Positions 35,371-47,915 of a stretch of DNA of 64,000 nt are shown one piece after another (the stretch's first letter is position 1; each line of letters begins with the position of its first letter). The notes under the pieces are model-generated. The model did not search any database, was not told where the DNA came from, and saw only the letters and a program-made list of their open reading frames with translations. Source of the DNA: Podarcis filfolensis (lineage: Eukaryota); assembly GCA_964270895.1 (NCBI GenBank), contig OZ185448.1. One strand, written 5' to 3'. The position numbers and the translations under genes were made by a program.

Positions 35371-38300
35371 GCTGCATTAGGTCTAATGTTATGAGAGAGG
35401 AGGAAGAACCTCTGTCCATCCACCATCTCCCATGCCATGCATTATTTTGTACACCTCTGTCTTGTCCCCTCTCACTCGCCTCTTTGGTAAACAAAGTCCC
35501 AAACTTTGATACCTTTCAACATATTCACACTTTGTATATTGCCATGCTTTTGTGCAGCTGCCATTCACATGAATGGGGCTCGCAGATTAAACCACATTGG
35601 TGAATTTTACCCTGTGCTAATTGATAGAAAGGGGGCACTGTTTAGGTTTTCCTCATACAGGTACATTAATTATGAAACCAGTGGTGACAGTATCTACCTA
35701 TTGGATGTATGCGCAATGACACACCCAGAGTTGTTGCTTGCTGGGAACTGCTGACCACTTCCCCCTGTGGTGAGCAGCATAATTGCAGCCTCTTGGGGAA
35801 AAACCTTCTAGATCTGCCCTGTCTCCACATACTCAGACTCTCTGAGCTTGTTTGTGCCAACAAGGTCTATCTGAGCTCTAGCTAGTCTGGCATTTCTGCT
35901 CTTCAGACCTGACTTTTGGCTTCTTCTCTGACTTTGCCTCCTGGTTGTCCTCAGATCCTGATTGCCTTTTGGTCCTGACTGCCTCTCTGACTCTCTCCAA
36001 ACCACTTGCCAGCACCCAGCCCTGGCATTGCTGAGTCATTTTAAAGTACTAGTGTTATTAAAATAACTTGGCTGTATGCATTACTGTAATAGACATCTTC
36101 TCCCATACAAACATACCTCTGCTTTTAAATTGGCATCACGGGTCCTCCTCTTCATCCCATTGTTGCATGAAATCAGATGGGCCGGGTACAAGAGACAGGT
36201 CCTTTTAAGTGGTGGCCCCAAAACTGCAGAGTGCGCTCCCTGTAGCAGTCTGTCAGGTTCCCTCTGTGAAATAGCCATCATAGAAATTCACTGTCTTTGA
36301 ATGGTGGATTATAAATATTTCAAATAATTAATGAATAGTTAATTAAAGACAAAAACTCTTAAGAAAGCTGCAGCATGGAGCCCATCATCTTCCACCCTTT
36401 CAGTAATTATTATTAAATCTGCAAAGAGAATCTAGTTTTGCCTTGAGCACTGAAGTGTCTTGAACCAGCCTGCCATTGACTTGCTGCCAAATTTCATCAG
36501 TACCAGAGTTCTGGCTGAATTTTGTTCTTCATCAATACTGCTATTCCAAGCCTGGAGTTGAAATCTACCATGTGATACATGAGGAGGTCCTCAGTGTTTC
36601 TAGTGCTTAAAACCTGTGATAGAAAACACGGTCTGCTTGGAATTCTAATAATAGAGGGGTGGAGAAGGAATTATCCACGTGCTCAGAGACCCATTCATTA
36701 TCACAGAGGTCCTGTGGCTAAGCTGTAGTTCAGATGGTGGAACTGAGGCCAAGGGCACATTCCACCAGGAAACAGTGTGTTCTCACTCATGCACTTCAGG
36801 TACACACACATGGGCAAGGCAGGTTTCTGGATGCAGCACCACGGATAGCTCCAACTGAGCAACAAAGCCTGGAGGTTAACTGAAGCCTGTGGAGTCTCCT
36901 TCCTCCAGTCCATTTTCCCAAGCTCCACCCACTTGGTCTAAAGACTGGATCTTACAGGACTGACCCCAGGCCTGAAGATGAGCTCCTTTATATGACCTCT
37001 GCACTGATGGGAAGGTATGGGAGGCATGTGACTCTAGTGGGTTGGGCTCAAAGGACAGCATTTGCAAAGATCCTGTCTCAGACTCTGCAGGCTCTGGGTT
37101 GCCAGCCTCAGCCTCCAAAGCACTGGCCTCGGGCACTGTTGGGTATGAACCACCAGCATCAGAAGCCCTACCCAATTCCATGACTGGTGATGGAGCAGCC
37201 CCAGACTTGGCCAGCTCTGCCACATCTGATTCTTGAGTCCAAGGCAGCGCCATGACACCGTCCTGTCGCACAGCTCTGCTTCATTTTCACGGGACTTGTG
37301 CAGGCTTATAAGTGGAAGGAAGATGTGCTTTGCATGTTTGACCTCAAGCACTGCCGTGCTTTAGTGAAGACCTGCCACTGAAATTCAGCAGTTTAAGAAT
37401 TCTGGTCAAATGTTGATGGAAATCCTAGCAATCATGCCGAAATACATACATCCATCCAGTGAATTTGCTGTCCTGTTTTGGTCTTAATTGTGAAGTTTCT
37501 AATGCAACAGCCCATAAACAGGAAAAGTACCTGAGAGAGCACCTTCCCCGTTGCCAGCTGACCTCCTTGTTATGATCAGCAGGAGATGCCTTGCTTGGGA
37601 ATCCATTCTTAGCAGAAGCTAGGCACATAATAGCACAAGACAGGGCCTTCTTGGTAGTGACACCCCACTTATGGATGTCCTCCCAGAGGATATTCTATAT
37701 GCCTCCACAGTGGATACATTTACATGCCAATTGAAAACATTTTGTTTATGCAGGCATTTGGTTCATAATTTCTTTGGGGTGTGGTCCCTTTAGGTATCTA
37801 CACTGCCGCTAGTGTATTTTAATGTAGTGTAACAGTTTTTCTTTAGACAGTTGTTTTGGTGATTTATTATGTGAAGGTGCCCTGTGCTCCATACTGGAGG
37901 AGGAGACTTTTAATGACTAAACAAGTGAATAAAATTGTTTTTAAAATGGTATGAAAACAATACTAAAAAACAAAAGTTGCACTGGGAAAAATGAAGTATG
38001 TTACATGGATCTCAAAATAACAATACTCGTTCAGGTTCTTTGACATTTTCTAATTGCTGTACTTCAGCTTCCCCCAGGAACCTCAAGGGGGAGGGGCCAC
38101 CTACGCAATTAAATGATAATGATGATATTGAGGCCATGAGAGAACAGAATCTGCTGAAACTCCAATGGGCAGGTGGATTTTCAGTGCCTCATGGCACTGG
38201 AGCAGAATGGATCTGAATCCTTCCTGTGGGCTCCTTGCACATGGCTGACTTGGTGGTGGCGACTTTGAGAGGTGTCAGGTGCCCACCGAGGAGCTGGGTG

Positions 38301-38532
38301 GGTGAGCTCCCTATTGGCTGCTTGCTCTCCTCCCCAACTCAGTTAGGTTGCTGAGGTGGATTCCCCTGAATGGCTGCCTTTGAAGGGGAGGGGAGGAGGA
38401 GCCAATCAGGAAAGAGGGAGGCTGCCAAGGAGTCTAGAAGCCATATTAACAAATGGTTGACGTCCACTTCGCTTGAAAATGAGGCAGAGGCGGTTGTCTC
38501 TTCATTAAACTGTGGCTCTTTGTTTTTTCCAG

Positions 38533-38596
38533 CCTAAAAGAATTCCTTCCGAAAGAATACATCAAGCAAAGAGGAGCTGAAAAGAGGATATTTCAG
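38533..38596 (+). CDS. TLN2: TLN2 coding exon 7 (F2)
   Basis: ttttccag|CCTA...TTTCAG|gtgatt; (D)LKEFLPKEYIKQRGAEKRIFQ; 64 nt. Confidence 0.96.
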
Positions 38597-39341
38597 GTGA
38601 TTAAGAATGCTTTATATAGATATGTGGTATTTCTCTTTTGCTTTCATAACCCTGTGTGTTCTCTTTGGCAATAAACTAGCACCAACTCAAGTGTAAAAGA
38701 AGCAGACGGCTTTTCCCCCTTTGGCAAACTTGCTCTCCTAATTCAGATTTTGTGTGTGGTTGGAAGATTTCCTTGCTTTTTATAGTGTGTTCTTCAAGAA
38801 ATGAGCATGTTTTAGCAGTTCTCAGTTGTAATGTGGAATGCAAAAAGCAGAGCGTTTGAAGGGGGAAAATATGGTTATGTAAGGGTTTTTGTGGTCCTTT
38901 TGTCCACATAGCCCCCTCGGTCATTGCCCACTCGCTGAACCCTACATGCTGCTTCTTGTCTTCTCTCCTAATGAGGTCTGTGGGCTCGTTGAGGACGTTC
39001 AGGTGGTAGGGCTCAGAAGGCGCTCGTTCAAATAGTAAACTTCTATAATAGGTGGTGGTGGGGCAGATCTGGCTAGCAAAGCCCTAATTTGCCAGTGTCA
39101 AAGGGCATTTTAGTTCCAAAGGGGGCTTAGATCTTAGAACTTCTTTCTGTGAAGCTAAACTGGGAATGACCCTGGATGGAGAAACGGGAGTTAGAACTGT
39201 CCAAAAAGGAATGGCAGCAACCCAAGTGGCTTGACTACCATAGACCCTTTCTGCAAATCTAGGCATACATTTCTGAGAGACCCAGAGCAGAAAGGGGGAA
39301 AAGATGCCATAACTGTATAAATCAACATTGGCATATATATT

Positions 39342-39540
39342 GGGAAGAGCTGTAGCTCTGCAGTAGAACACCAGCTTTGCATGCAGAGGGTCCCAGGTTC
39401 AGTCTTCAGTGACATATCCAGATACAGCTGCAGGGAGGGCGGGACCAGGACCCAGGAGAGATGCTGCCAGTCAGTGTAGCCGATACCTGAGCTAGATGGA
39501 CACAACAGTCCGACTCAGTGTAAGCCAGCTTCCTAATGTT
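39342..39540 (+). mobile_element. tRNA-headed SINE with CR1-like tail (second squamate SINE family)
   Basis: gggaagagctgtagctc...tgcatgcagagggtcccaggttc head; gctgccagtcagtgtag...gagctagatggac...cagcttccta tail. Confidence 0.75.
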
Positions 39541-39762
39541 GCTGTATCCTTTTTCTGCTTTTCAATCGGCACAGACATCACCCACCTTTGGTTAGTGGCA
39601 TCCAGGAAGATGACCAGTGTCAGTTTAATTTATTGCAGCCCGTTTTGGAAAGAGCCGACAGCAGAAAATGAGCGCGATCCTGCTAGCGTGAGAAAATGTC
39701 ATTGCACATGCTAATATCTCAGCATTGGAATGTCACGGGAATCCCAGAGAGTAATGCAGGCT

Positions 39763-39763
<1 letters not shown>

Positions 39764-39801
<38 letters not shown>
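39764..39801. repeat. (CA)n microsatellite
   Basis: Directly visible. Confidence 0.98.
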
Positions 39802-39803
<2 letters not shown>

Positions 39804-40842
39804 TCACAGATTACGGCTGTGCTTTTGGAAAGAAAAGGGCAATTCAGTGGAAACAGCTGAGCTTCCCCCCCTAATTGTTTCATTTCTGTTAGAATAAAAA
39901 CAGCAAATATTTTTGCCGGGTCTTTCTCTCTGACATTAGTAGAAGAAGGAAAGGGGTTTAAGGGTGGTATAGGAATTGTGGGCTGGCAGGCAGAAGAGCT
40001 TCCAGCAATGTGGATGGAGCAAAACCAACACTTGGAACAGAGAGACGCAAGTGTGGAGTTCGGTCAGGTGAGTTTAAATTGTGCAGAAGTGGGGGGGGGG
40101 CTTAGAGGTAAAGGTGGAATGGGGATTGTGAGTTTGACTGAGGGCACACTGGGGATTGGGATAGGAAGAGATTCCCCCTAGAGGGGCAGGGAAGGTTTGG
40201 TCCAGCCTTCAGTGGAGCTGAATTGTAGGAATGGCTGGTTTGCCATCATGGTGGAAGCAGTAAGGCTACATCTAATAAATCGGAAGGTGTTTCATAGTTT
40301 TTCTTGTCCCTCTTTGGGCCAGCCCTGCCATAAGGCAGAATGAGGCAAGTGCCTCAGGCAGCTGGCTCCGAGTGTTGTGAAATTAAATTGACATTTGACT
40401 TACGGTGTTTGCATTTTTACTCCCAGGAGGAGGTGTTTTGTGGGGTTTTCTGCTTCAGGTGCCAAAATAGCAGCCAGCCTTCAGTCTGATGGTAGGGAAA
40501 TGTGCTGTTCTGCCTCTGGCTACAAAATGACTTGGGCTGGGCCATTCGGTTTGCTATTGGAATCCGGGCAGGTGGAATTATTTTCCATTTTGTATAAAAC
40601 CCCAGGCAGCCCTGATCTCTTGGGGGACAGAGGAGGCTACAGATTGCGAATGAATAAATAAAAATATCAAGAGGTTGGGCATTCCCATGGATGATCGTTG
40701 TTTTGATTCCTTTCTGTTTCAAAACCTTTGGACGAAGGCTAAGAGGCCATCATGGCTTAACAACAGCAAAAGTGCATGTGACTTATATTTCCTCATAGTT
40801 TTTTTTTTATGATAACAAAAATCAATTGGCGGCTCTTTGCAG

Positions 40843-40947
40843 GAACACAAAAACTGCGGGGAGATGACAGAAATCGAAGCTAAAGTGAAATACGTGAAGT
40901 TGGCTCGGTCTCTGAGGACGTACGGAGTGTCTTTTTTCCTTGTTAAG
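40843..40947 (+). CDS. TLN2: TLN2 coding exon 8 (F2/F3)
   Basis: ctttgcag|GAA...GTTAAG|gtagga; EHKNCGEMTEIEAKVKYVKLARSLRTYGVSFFLVK; 105 nt. Confidence 0.97.
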
Positions 40948-41029
40948 GTAGGAGGGGCTTGCTTTCAATTCAGTTTTCATTGCTTATAATGAACGGCTTA
41001 CCCATACAAGAAGCTGGTGCATGATTTTT

Positions 41030-42550
41030 TTTTTTTGCAAAGCGGAAAATGTATTTATTGGCAAGAAGTCTTTGAGGCCTGAATTAAGTCATATGGTTAG
41101 AATAACTTACATTCACAAAACAAAGAAACACAATACTGATCCCTCAGTGACTGCCATAGCAATCTGCAGCTGAATATTACAGATTAAAATAAAACCATGT
41201 TTTGAAATCTGCCTGCCCATAGATAGCTAGATGTCAGTGAAAAGCACTGGAGGCTTTTCTGTTAGGTTGAATGGGGCACCACATCAGCAATTTCATTCGG
41301 ACCTCAGCCACCCCCACCTTCCTAGGGTGTGGCACTGCTCTCTGTTTCCTCCTTCTTCTTTTTTATAAATATTTTTATTAGTTTTCCAACACAATTATAC
41401 ATTTTTCTCTATGCTTTAACAAATTAATCTTTTTTGACTTCCTTCCGCTTCTCTGGTAATCATCCATATTTACTCTTCAATACGCATTCCCTTCATTGTA
41501 TTGCCATTTGTCTTCCCTCCCCTTTCTATTTTTTTTGACAATACATCTCAAACTTTTACAGTGCTTCTTGAAACCCCACTAGCGTTGTTTGCACATCGCA
41601 TACATTTTTCAGATAATCTACAAACTTTCCCCAATCTTCAATGAACTTTTGGTTTCGAACATATCTTATTTTCCCAGTCAATCTGTCCAGTTCCGCATAG
41701 TCCGTTAATTTCAATCTCCATTCTTGTATCGTCGGTACTTCCTCTTGTTTCCATTTCTGGGCCAATAAAATTCTTGCTGCTGTAACTGCATACTGGAAAG
41801 GTTTGCAGTCTTTCCTTCTTATTTCATTTCCTGTAATCCCTAAAAGAAAAGCTTCTGGTTTCTTAACAAAAGTATATTTTAAAATCTTTTTCAATTCATT
41901 ATATATTGCTTCCCAAAAGCTCCTCACTTTCTTACATTCCCACCACATATGGTAAAACATTCCCTCTTTTTCTTTACATTTCCAACACTTATTACATGTT
42001 TTATACATTTTTGCAAGTTTTACCGGTGTGATGTACCATCTATAAAACATTTTCATAACATTTTCCTTCAGCACCGTGCATGCAGTAAATTTTAAATTTT
42101 CTTTCCACAATTTTTCCCAGTCTTCAAATTGAATATTATAACCAAAATCTTTGGCCCATTGTATCATTACCGATTTGACCTCTTCATCTTTCGTGTACCA
42201 TTCCAACAATATCTTATACATTTTTGACAAAATTTTATATTCATTATTTATTATGTCTATTTGGAACTTAGAATCTTTTTCTTCATAACCACTTTCCTTT
42301 ATATCTTTTTTAAACATTTCGTTTACCTGGAAATAATGCAACCAATCATATACATGATCTTTAACTTGTTCATATGGTTTTAATTTCCATTTTCCTCCTT
42401 CTTTAGTTACCATTTCCCCATACGTAGCCCATTTACCTCTCATATTAATTTTCTTTACACACATGACCTCCAGCGGGGATAACCAATGTGGGACTCTTGG
42501 TTCCAGAAGACTCTTATACCTGTCCCATACTTCTATTAGCGAATTCCTGA
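41030..42550 (-). mobile_element. Young 5'-truncated L1 (41359-42550) plus a 3'-transduced segment (41037-41358) and poly(A), flanked by a 22-bp TSD
   Basis: ORF2 C-terminus is open without stops from 42548 to the TAA at 41556 (includes CWKCKEKEGMFYHMWWEC). AAGAAGCTGGTGCATGATTTTT occurs at 41008-41029 and 42551-42572. Two AATAAA signals on the minus strand (41374-41379, 41054-41059). Confidence 0.88.
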
Positions 42551-43946
42551 AAGAAGCTGGTGCATGATTTTTCTCAAGTCAGAAGACTTAGGGTTCCCTG
42601 TAAGATGTAAGAATTAATGAAGATTAATGAATTGGTAGGATTGTCATTGAAGCAGGGGAGAATGCGTTTGTGTGTGTGTTTAAAAAATGAATTGTTTTTT
42701 GCAAAGAAGTTAAAATAAATCATGGCGGTGGTCCTTAAACATTGTGGTATTTTATTTTTTAATTAAATATTTTTGGGATATGGCCAGATTCAGCTCAAAG
42801 CTCATGGGCTGCTTCTGAGCCACTCATATGTTCTCAATCAAATCTACCTTTAAGGTGTGCTTTGAGGATAAAAGCAGGGTGGGAATGAGGATGCTGCATG
42901 CTGTCTTGAGCTCATTAGAGGAAGAATGTGATTATTTTAAAAGTACTCAACATATAAATTAACTAACAGCCAGGGGTTCCTTTGGAGCTTCAACAGCAGC
43001 TGCTGACATTGCTTTTTAATTTTTATTTATTTAAACAAGAACATATACTTCAATAACATACAAGAATAAAGAAATGAAGAAAAGCAATACAGCTGAATGA
43101 AAATTAAACAAACACACACATGCGTATGAATTTGGACCGTTTCATTCACATTCCCTGAAAAAACCTACCCTATTCTTGCTGGGGGTGAGTGGTAACATTT
43201 TTTTAAAAGATGCATTTTATTTACAAATATTAGGATATATTCTCCCTTAAAGCCGAAAAGTCACTAGGAATTTCAAATAGCAGCCTATTTCACAGGAGGC
43301 ATTTGAACATTGTTCGCCATGTTCTTTCAAACCAGCCTGCCCAGGGAAGATTTATACACAAAGAAGAGAACGGCTCTTGCAGGATTCTCAGTATTGTGAC
43401 TTAATTAAGTGATGCTTCTTTCAAATACTGAGATTTCTTAGAGGTTCTAAAGAGAGGTGGCTTCAGGCCAGCAGCATCCCAGGCAGTAGGAACACAACCA
43501 TTTGGATAATTACTTGTCTACAGTGACATGCTGGGGTGTGTTAAATTAAAAATGCCTATTAAATTCCTTAGACTTGTTTTAGTACTGACGAAAGCAATTT
43601 GTCATTCAGTTGTTTCAGTAGCCATGCTGCGCGTTGTATAGCTGTGATAAATGTGTGAAGGAAGGCCATGGCAGTATCTGGGGCTTGAGTTACTGAAGCG
43701 CAATCCAGCCCCTTGGGAGCGCAGGGATCTGCTGCTTCTGCACCCTGATACGTGGCCAGCCCACCTTTGTTTAAAACACTCTAGCCAAGGAGAGTCCGCT
43801 TCCTTCCGAGACTGACTGTTCCACCGTCCAACACCACAGAAGGAAGGCTTCCAGCTGCCCCGCCCCCTTAGAAAGCAAGAAGAGCCTGCTGGATTGGTCC
43901 AAAGGCCCAAAGAGTCCAGCCTCCGGGTCTCACAGGGGCCAGTCAA

Positions 43947-46590
43947 ATCATCATCATCATCATAATTTATTATTTATACCCTGCCCATCTGGATGAGTTT
44001 CCCCAGCCACTCTGGGCTGCTTCCAATCGAGTGTTAAAAACAATACAGCATTAAATAATAAAAACTTCCCTAAACAGGACTGCCTTCAGATGTCTTTTAA
44101 AGACAAGATAGCTGCTTATTTCCTTCACATCTGAAGGGAGGGTGTTCCACAGGCTGGGCGCCACTACCGAAAAGACCCTCTGTCTGGTTCCCTGTAACCT
44201 CACTTCTCGCAATGAGGGAACCACCAGAAGGCCCATTGCTTTTCATTTCAGTCCTGGAGGTTTTGCTAAACATGATTAGAAGAGACCATCTGATTAAAGG
44301 TATTCAGGTCGGAGCTAAACAGTACAAACTTAAAGCGTTTGCAGATGACTTAGTATTGACATTACAGGAGCCAGAATCTAGTACGAAAAGAGTATTAGAA
44401 TTGATTCAGGAATTTGGTCAAGTGGCAGGATTTAAGTTGAACAAGTTAAAGACTAAGGTTCTTGAAAAAAATTTAACACTGATTGAGAAAGAGAGGTTTC
44501 AGAAGGAGACGGGTTTAACACTGGTAAAGAAAGTAAAATACCTGGGGGTTAACATGACCGCTAAAAACTTAAATTTATTTAAAGATAACTACGAGAAATG
44601 TTGGTCAGAAGTGAAAAAGGATCTTGAAATATGGTCAAATTTGAAGCTTTCCTTGTTTGGTCGAATTGCCGTTATAAAGATGAATGTATTGCCAAGAATG
44701 TTATTTTTATTTCAATCATTGCAAATTTTGGACAAAATGGACTGTTTCAAGAAGTGGCAGAGAGATATTTCTAGATTTGTCTGGCAGGGCAAGAAGCCCA
44801 GAATAAAATTTAAAATATTAACTGATGCAAAGGATAGAGGTGGATTTGCCCTGCCAGACCTTAAACTTTATTATGAATCAGCAGCATTTTGCTGGTTGAA
44901 AGAATGGCTGCTTCTTGAGAACACAGACATTTTGGATTTAGAAGGTTTCAATAACGTTTTTGGGTGGCATGCATATCTGTGGTATGACAAGGTTAAAGCA
45001 CACAAAGCATTTCATATTGTCAGAAGGGCATTGTTTAATGTCTGGACAAGATATAAAGATTTACTTGAAAATAAAACCCCAAGGTGGCTATCACCGATGG
45101 AAGCGAAGGCTCAGAAAAAGCTCAATATGGAGGCCAAATGGCCAAAATATTGGGAGATTTTGGAACAGGAGGGTGACAAACTGAAATTGCAGAGTTTTGA
45201 GAAACTAAAAGATAAAGTGCGAGATTGGCTTCATCAATATCAAATAAGGGAGGTCTACAACTTGGACAAAAAAACTGGTTTCCAGGTGGAAAAATCAAAA
45301 TTGGAAACAGAACTGTTAGATCCCAAAACTAAGATATTATCAAGAATGTATAACTTGCTGTTGAGATGGAACACTCATGATGAAACGGTTAAATCTGCTA
45401 TGATAAAATGGGCACAAGATGTTGGACATAACATAATGTTTGCTGACTGGGAACAGTTGTGGACCACAGGTATGAAATTCACGGCATGTAATGCCTTAAG
45501 AGAGAATATTATGAAAATGATATACAGGTGGTACATGACACCAGTCAAGCTTGCAAAAATATATCATTTGCCCGATAATAAGTGTTGGAAATGTAAAGAA
45601 ACTGAAGGTACATTCTTTCACCTTTGGTGGACGTGCCCAAGGATTAAGGTTTTCTGGGAGATGATCTATAATGAAATGAAAAAGGTATTTAAATATACCT
45701 TCCTGAAGAAACCAGAGGCCTTTCTCCTGGGCATGGTCGGCCAATTGGTGCCAAAGAAGGACAGAACTTTCTTTATGTATGCAACAACAGCAGCAAGAAT
45801 TCTCATCGCAAAGTATTGGAAGACACAAGATCTACCCACCTTGGAAGAATGGCAGATGAAAGTGATAGACTATATGGAACTGGCGGAAATGACTGGCAGA
45901 ATCCGAGACCAGGGAGAAGAGTTGGTGGAAGAAGATTGGAAGAAGTTTAAAGACTATTTGAAAAAAACATTGTAAAATTTATGAATGCTAAAATGATGCT
46001 GGATTGAAATGAAGTGGCTTTAGCAATAAGGTTAAAAAGAATATGTAAAAATGGACTGATAATTAGATGAAAATATAAAGTTATAATATGTTAAGACATA
46101 GAATTAAGATAAAAACAAAGAGGGAAAGGATTTGCTGAATTAACTATGTGAATTGGAATACAAAAAAGGGAGGTGTGAGGAGGTCAGGAAACAAGTAATT
46201 GAAATATAAGATATGAAAAGATTGACCTGTTTTTAATTGTTTTTTATTTTTTCATGTATTTTGTATTTTTCTTTGTCTTTTTATTTTTTATTTTTTCTTT
46301 TCTTATTCTGTAATTTTCTTTTGTCTGTAAAATTTCAATAAATATCTTTAAAAAAAAAACAACAGAAGGCCCTCGGAGCTGGACCTCGGTGTCCGGGCTG
46401 AACAATAGGGGTGGAGACGCTCCTTCAGGTATACAGGACCGAGGCCGTTTAGGGCTTTCAAGGTCAGCACCAACACTTTGAATTGTGCTCCGAAATGTCC
46501 TGGGAGCCATTGCAGATCTCTCAGGACCGGTGTAATGTGGTCCTGGCGGCCACTCCCAGTCACCAGTCTAGCTGCCGCATTCTGGATTAA
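43947..46590 (-). mobile_element. L2 3' fragment (43947-44234 and 46373-46590) interrupted by an L1
   Basis: L2 text gagggaaccaccagaaggccc|tcggagctggacctc is contiguous in the uninterrupted copy at 51110-51150. Confidence 0.88.
44235..46362 (+). mobile_element. Young 5'-truncated L1, sense to TLN2 (ORF2 RT C-terminal half plus Cys-rich domain, 3' UTR, poly(A))
   Basis: Open frame to the stop at 45975 with YKLKAFADDL (RT catalytic motif) and CWKCKETEGTFFHLWWTC; AATAAA at 46337-46342; A10 at 46350-46359; TSD CAGAAGGCCC at 44225-44234 and 46363-46372. Confidence 0.92.
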
Positions 46591-46864
46591 TCAGTGAGAC
46601 CTACAAGCAGGACCTCTCCCCTCCAGTTTCCAGCAACTTCCATTCAGAAGAATGCTGTCTCTGACCATGGAGGCACAGCAGAGCCATCATGGCTAGTAGC
46701 CACTGGTAGCCTTCCCTGCCTCTGGGAGGCTTGTAAGGAGCTGATGCAGGAGAGGGGCTGTGTAAATAAAACACGATGGGAGGAGTTTCTGTCTAATTGG
46801 CGCTGCCAACAGGGCTGTGACTCTTAGGGGAACTGAGGCAGACAATTAACTTGATCCTTTGTTC

Positions 46865-47267
46865 CAGTGCGGGATTTACGTTCTGTGTAAGCTAAAAATT
46901 AAAGGGAAAAAATACTGGATGTACATTTCCAAAAAACAAATAAAATAAAACCTACATACAGCAACAGTGTTTTGTGTTGTGTAGGCTCCTATGATGTAAG
47001 TCATGGGCCCTGCCTGCTAGCCTGCTCCCTCAAATATCACTGGTTTGCTCCTTTCTGTATATAGGGTGCCTACATTCTGCATGGACTGGTTGCATGGCCA
47101 CATGGGCAAATGGCTTTAGATACCTATTAGGTCCATCAGTTACCATATAGCATATATTCAGCACAAAAAACAGCGACAATTTGTTGTTGACAAAGGACAG
47201 CTGGATATATAAAGGGCCCCATTACCTTCAGGAGCTGAGGGCCTCATCAAACCTAAATCCGGCCCTT
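46865..47267. mobile_element. hAT-like non-autonomous element
   Basis: Imperfect TIRs cagtgcgggattta / taaatccggccct; partly conserved 8-bp flanks (ctttgttc / ctaggctc). Confidence 0.5.
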
Positions 47268-47915
47268 CTAGGCTCATTTGTGGCTTGAACATCTAGGACC
47301 AAGTTGAAACTGACTAGACTTCCTTGTTGTTTTTGCTACTGCCAGGAGATGTAGTGTTGCAACATTTAGAATACTGAATGTTGTTCTTTGTTTGCCACTA
47401 CATTTCCTGTATTTTTATTGCCATTATTAAGAAGTTATTCCTGCAGTTGTTGATTTTTATGATTTCTCAAACATCGTAAGCCACTGTGAGCATAATTCTT
47501 TGGAGAGAGGCAGCATGCGGTGACGATGGTGAACAGCTTAAGCTGTTGGTTAGTTCTTCTGAGTGTTTGTTGGTTTGTTTATTTTTAACTTATTTCACAG
47601 AAATTATATGCTGCTGACTCAAATAAAAGACCCCTAAGCGGTTTGCAAAAGACAATGTAGAACATTATTTTTTTTAAAAAAAACACACACAAATGAAAGC
47701 AGACATTAAAACTGAGTTGCATTTATGAAATAGAGAATGGAATTTGTAATTTTAAAACAGGGATACTTACTAACAGCGCATGCGAAACTGCAGGCTTAGA
47801 TTGTTATGTTTATTTTGGCTACCAAAAGCACAGGCCACAGGTTCCTCCCCGCCTCCCCATTCTGAATGGAGACTTGCATCAGCTGCTCAGTTCTTCATCC
47901 ATTCTTCCTTCACAG

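Noticed and set aside
44212-45975. The 587-aa ORF (and the 302-aa ORF at 41556-42464) as host genes
   Set aside because: Both are L1 ORF2 fragments with RT/Cys-rich motifs, poly(A) tails and TSDs; the listed Met of the 587-aa ORF lies in flanking L2 sequence.
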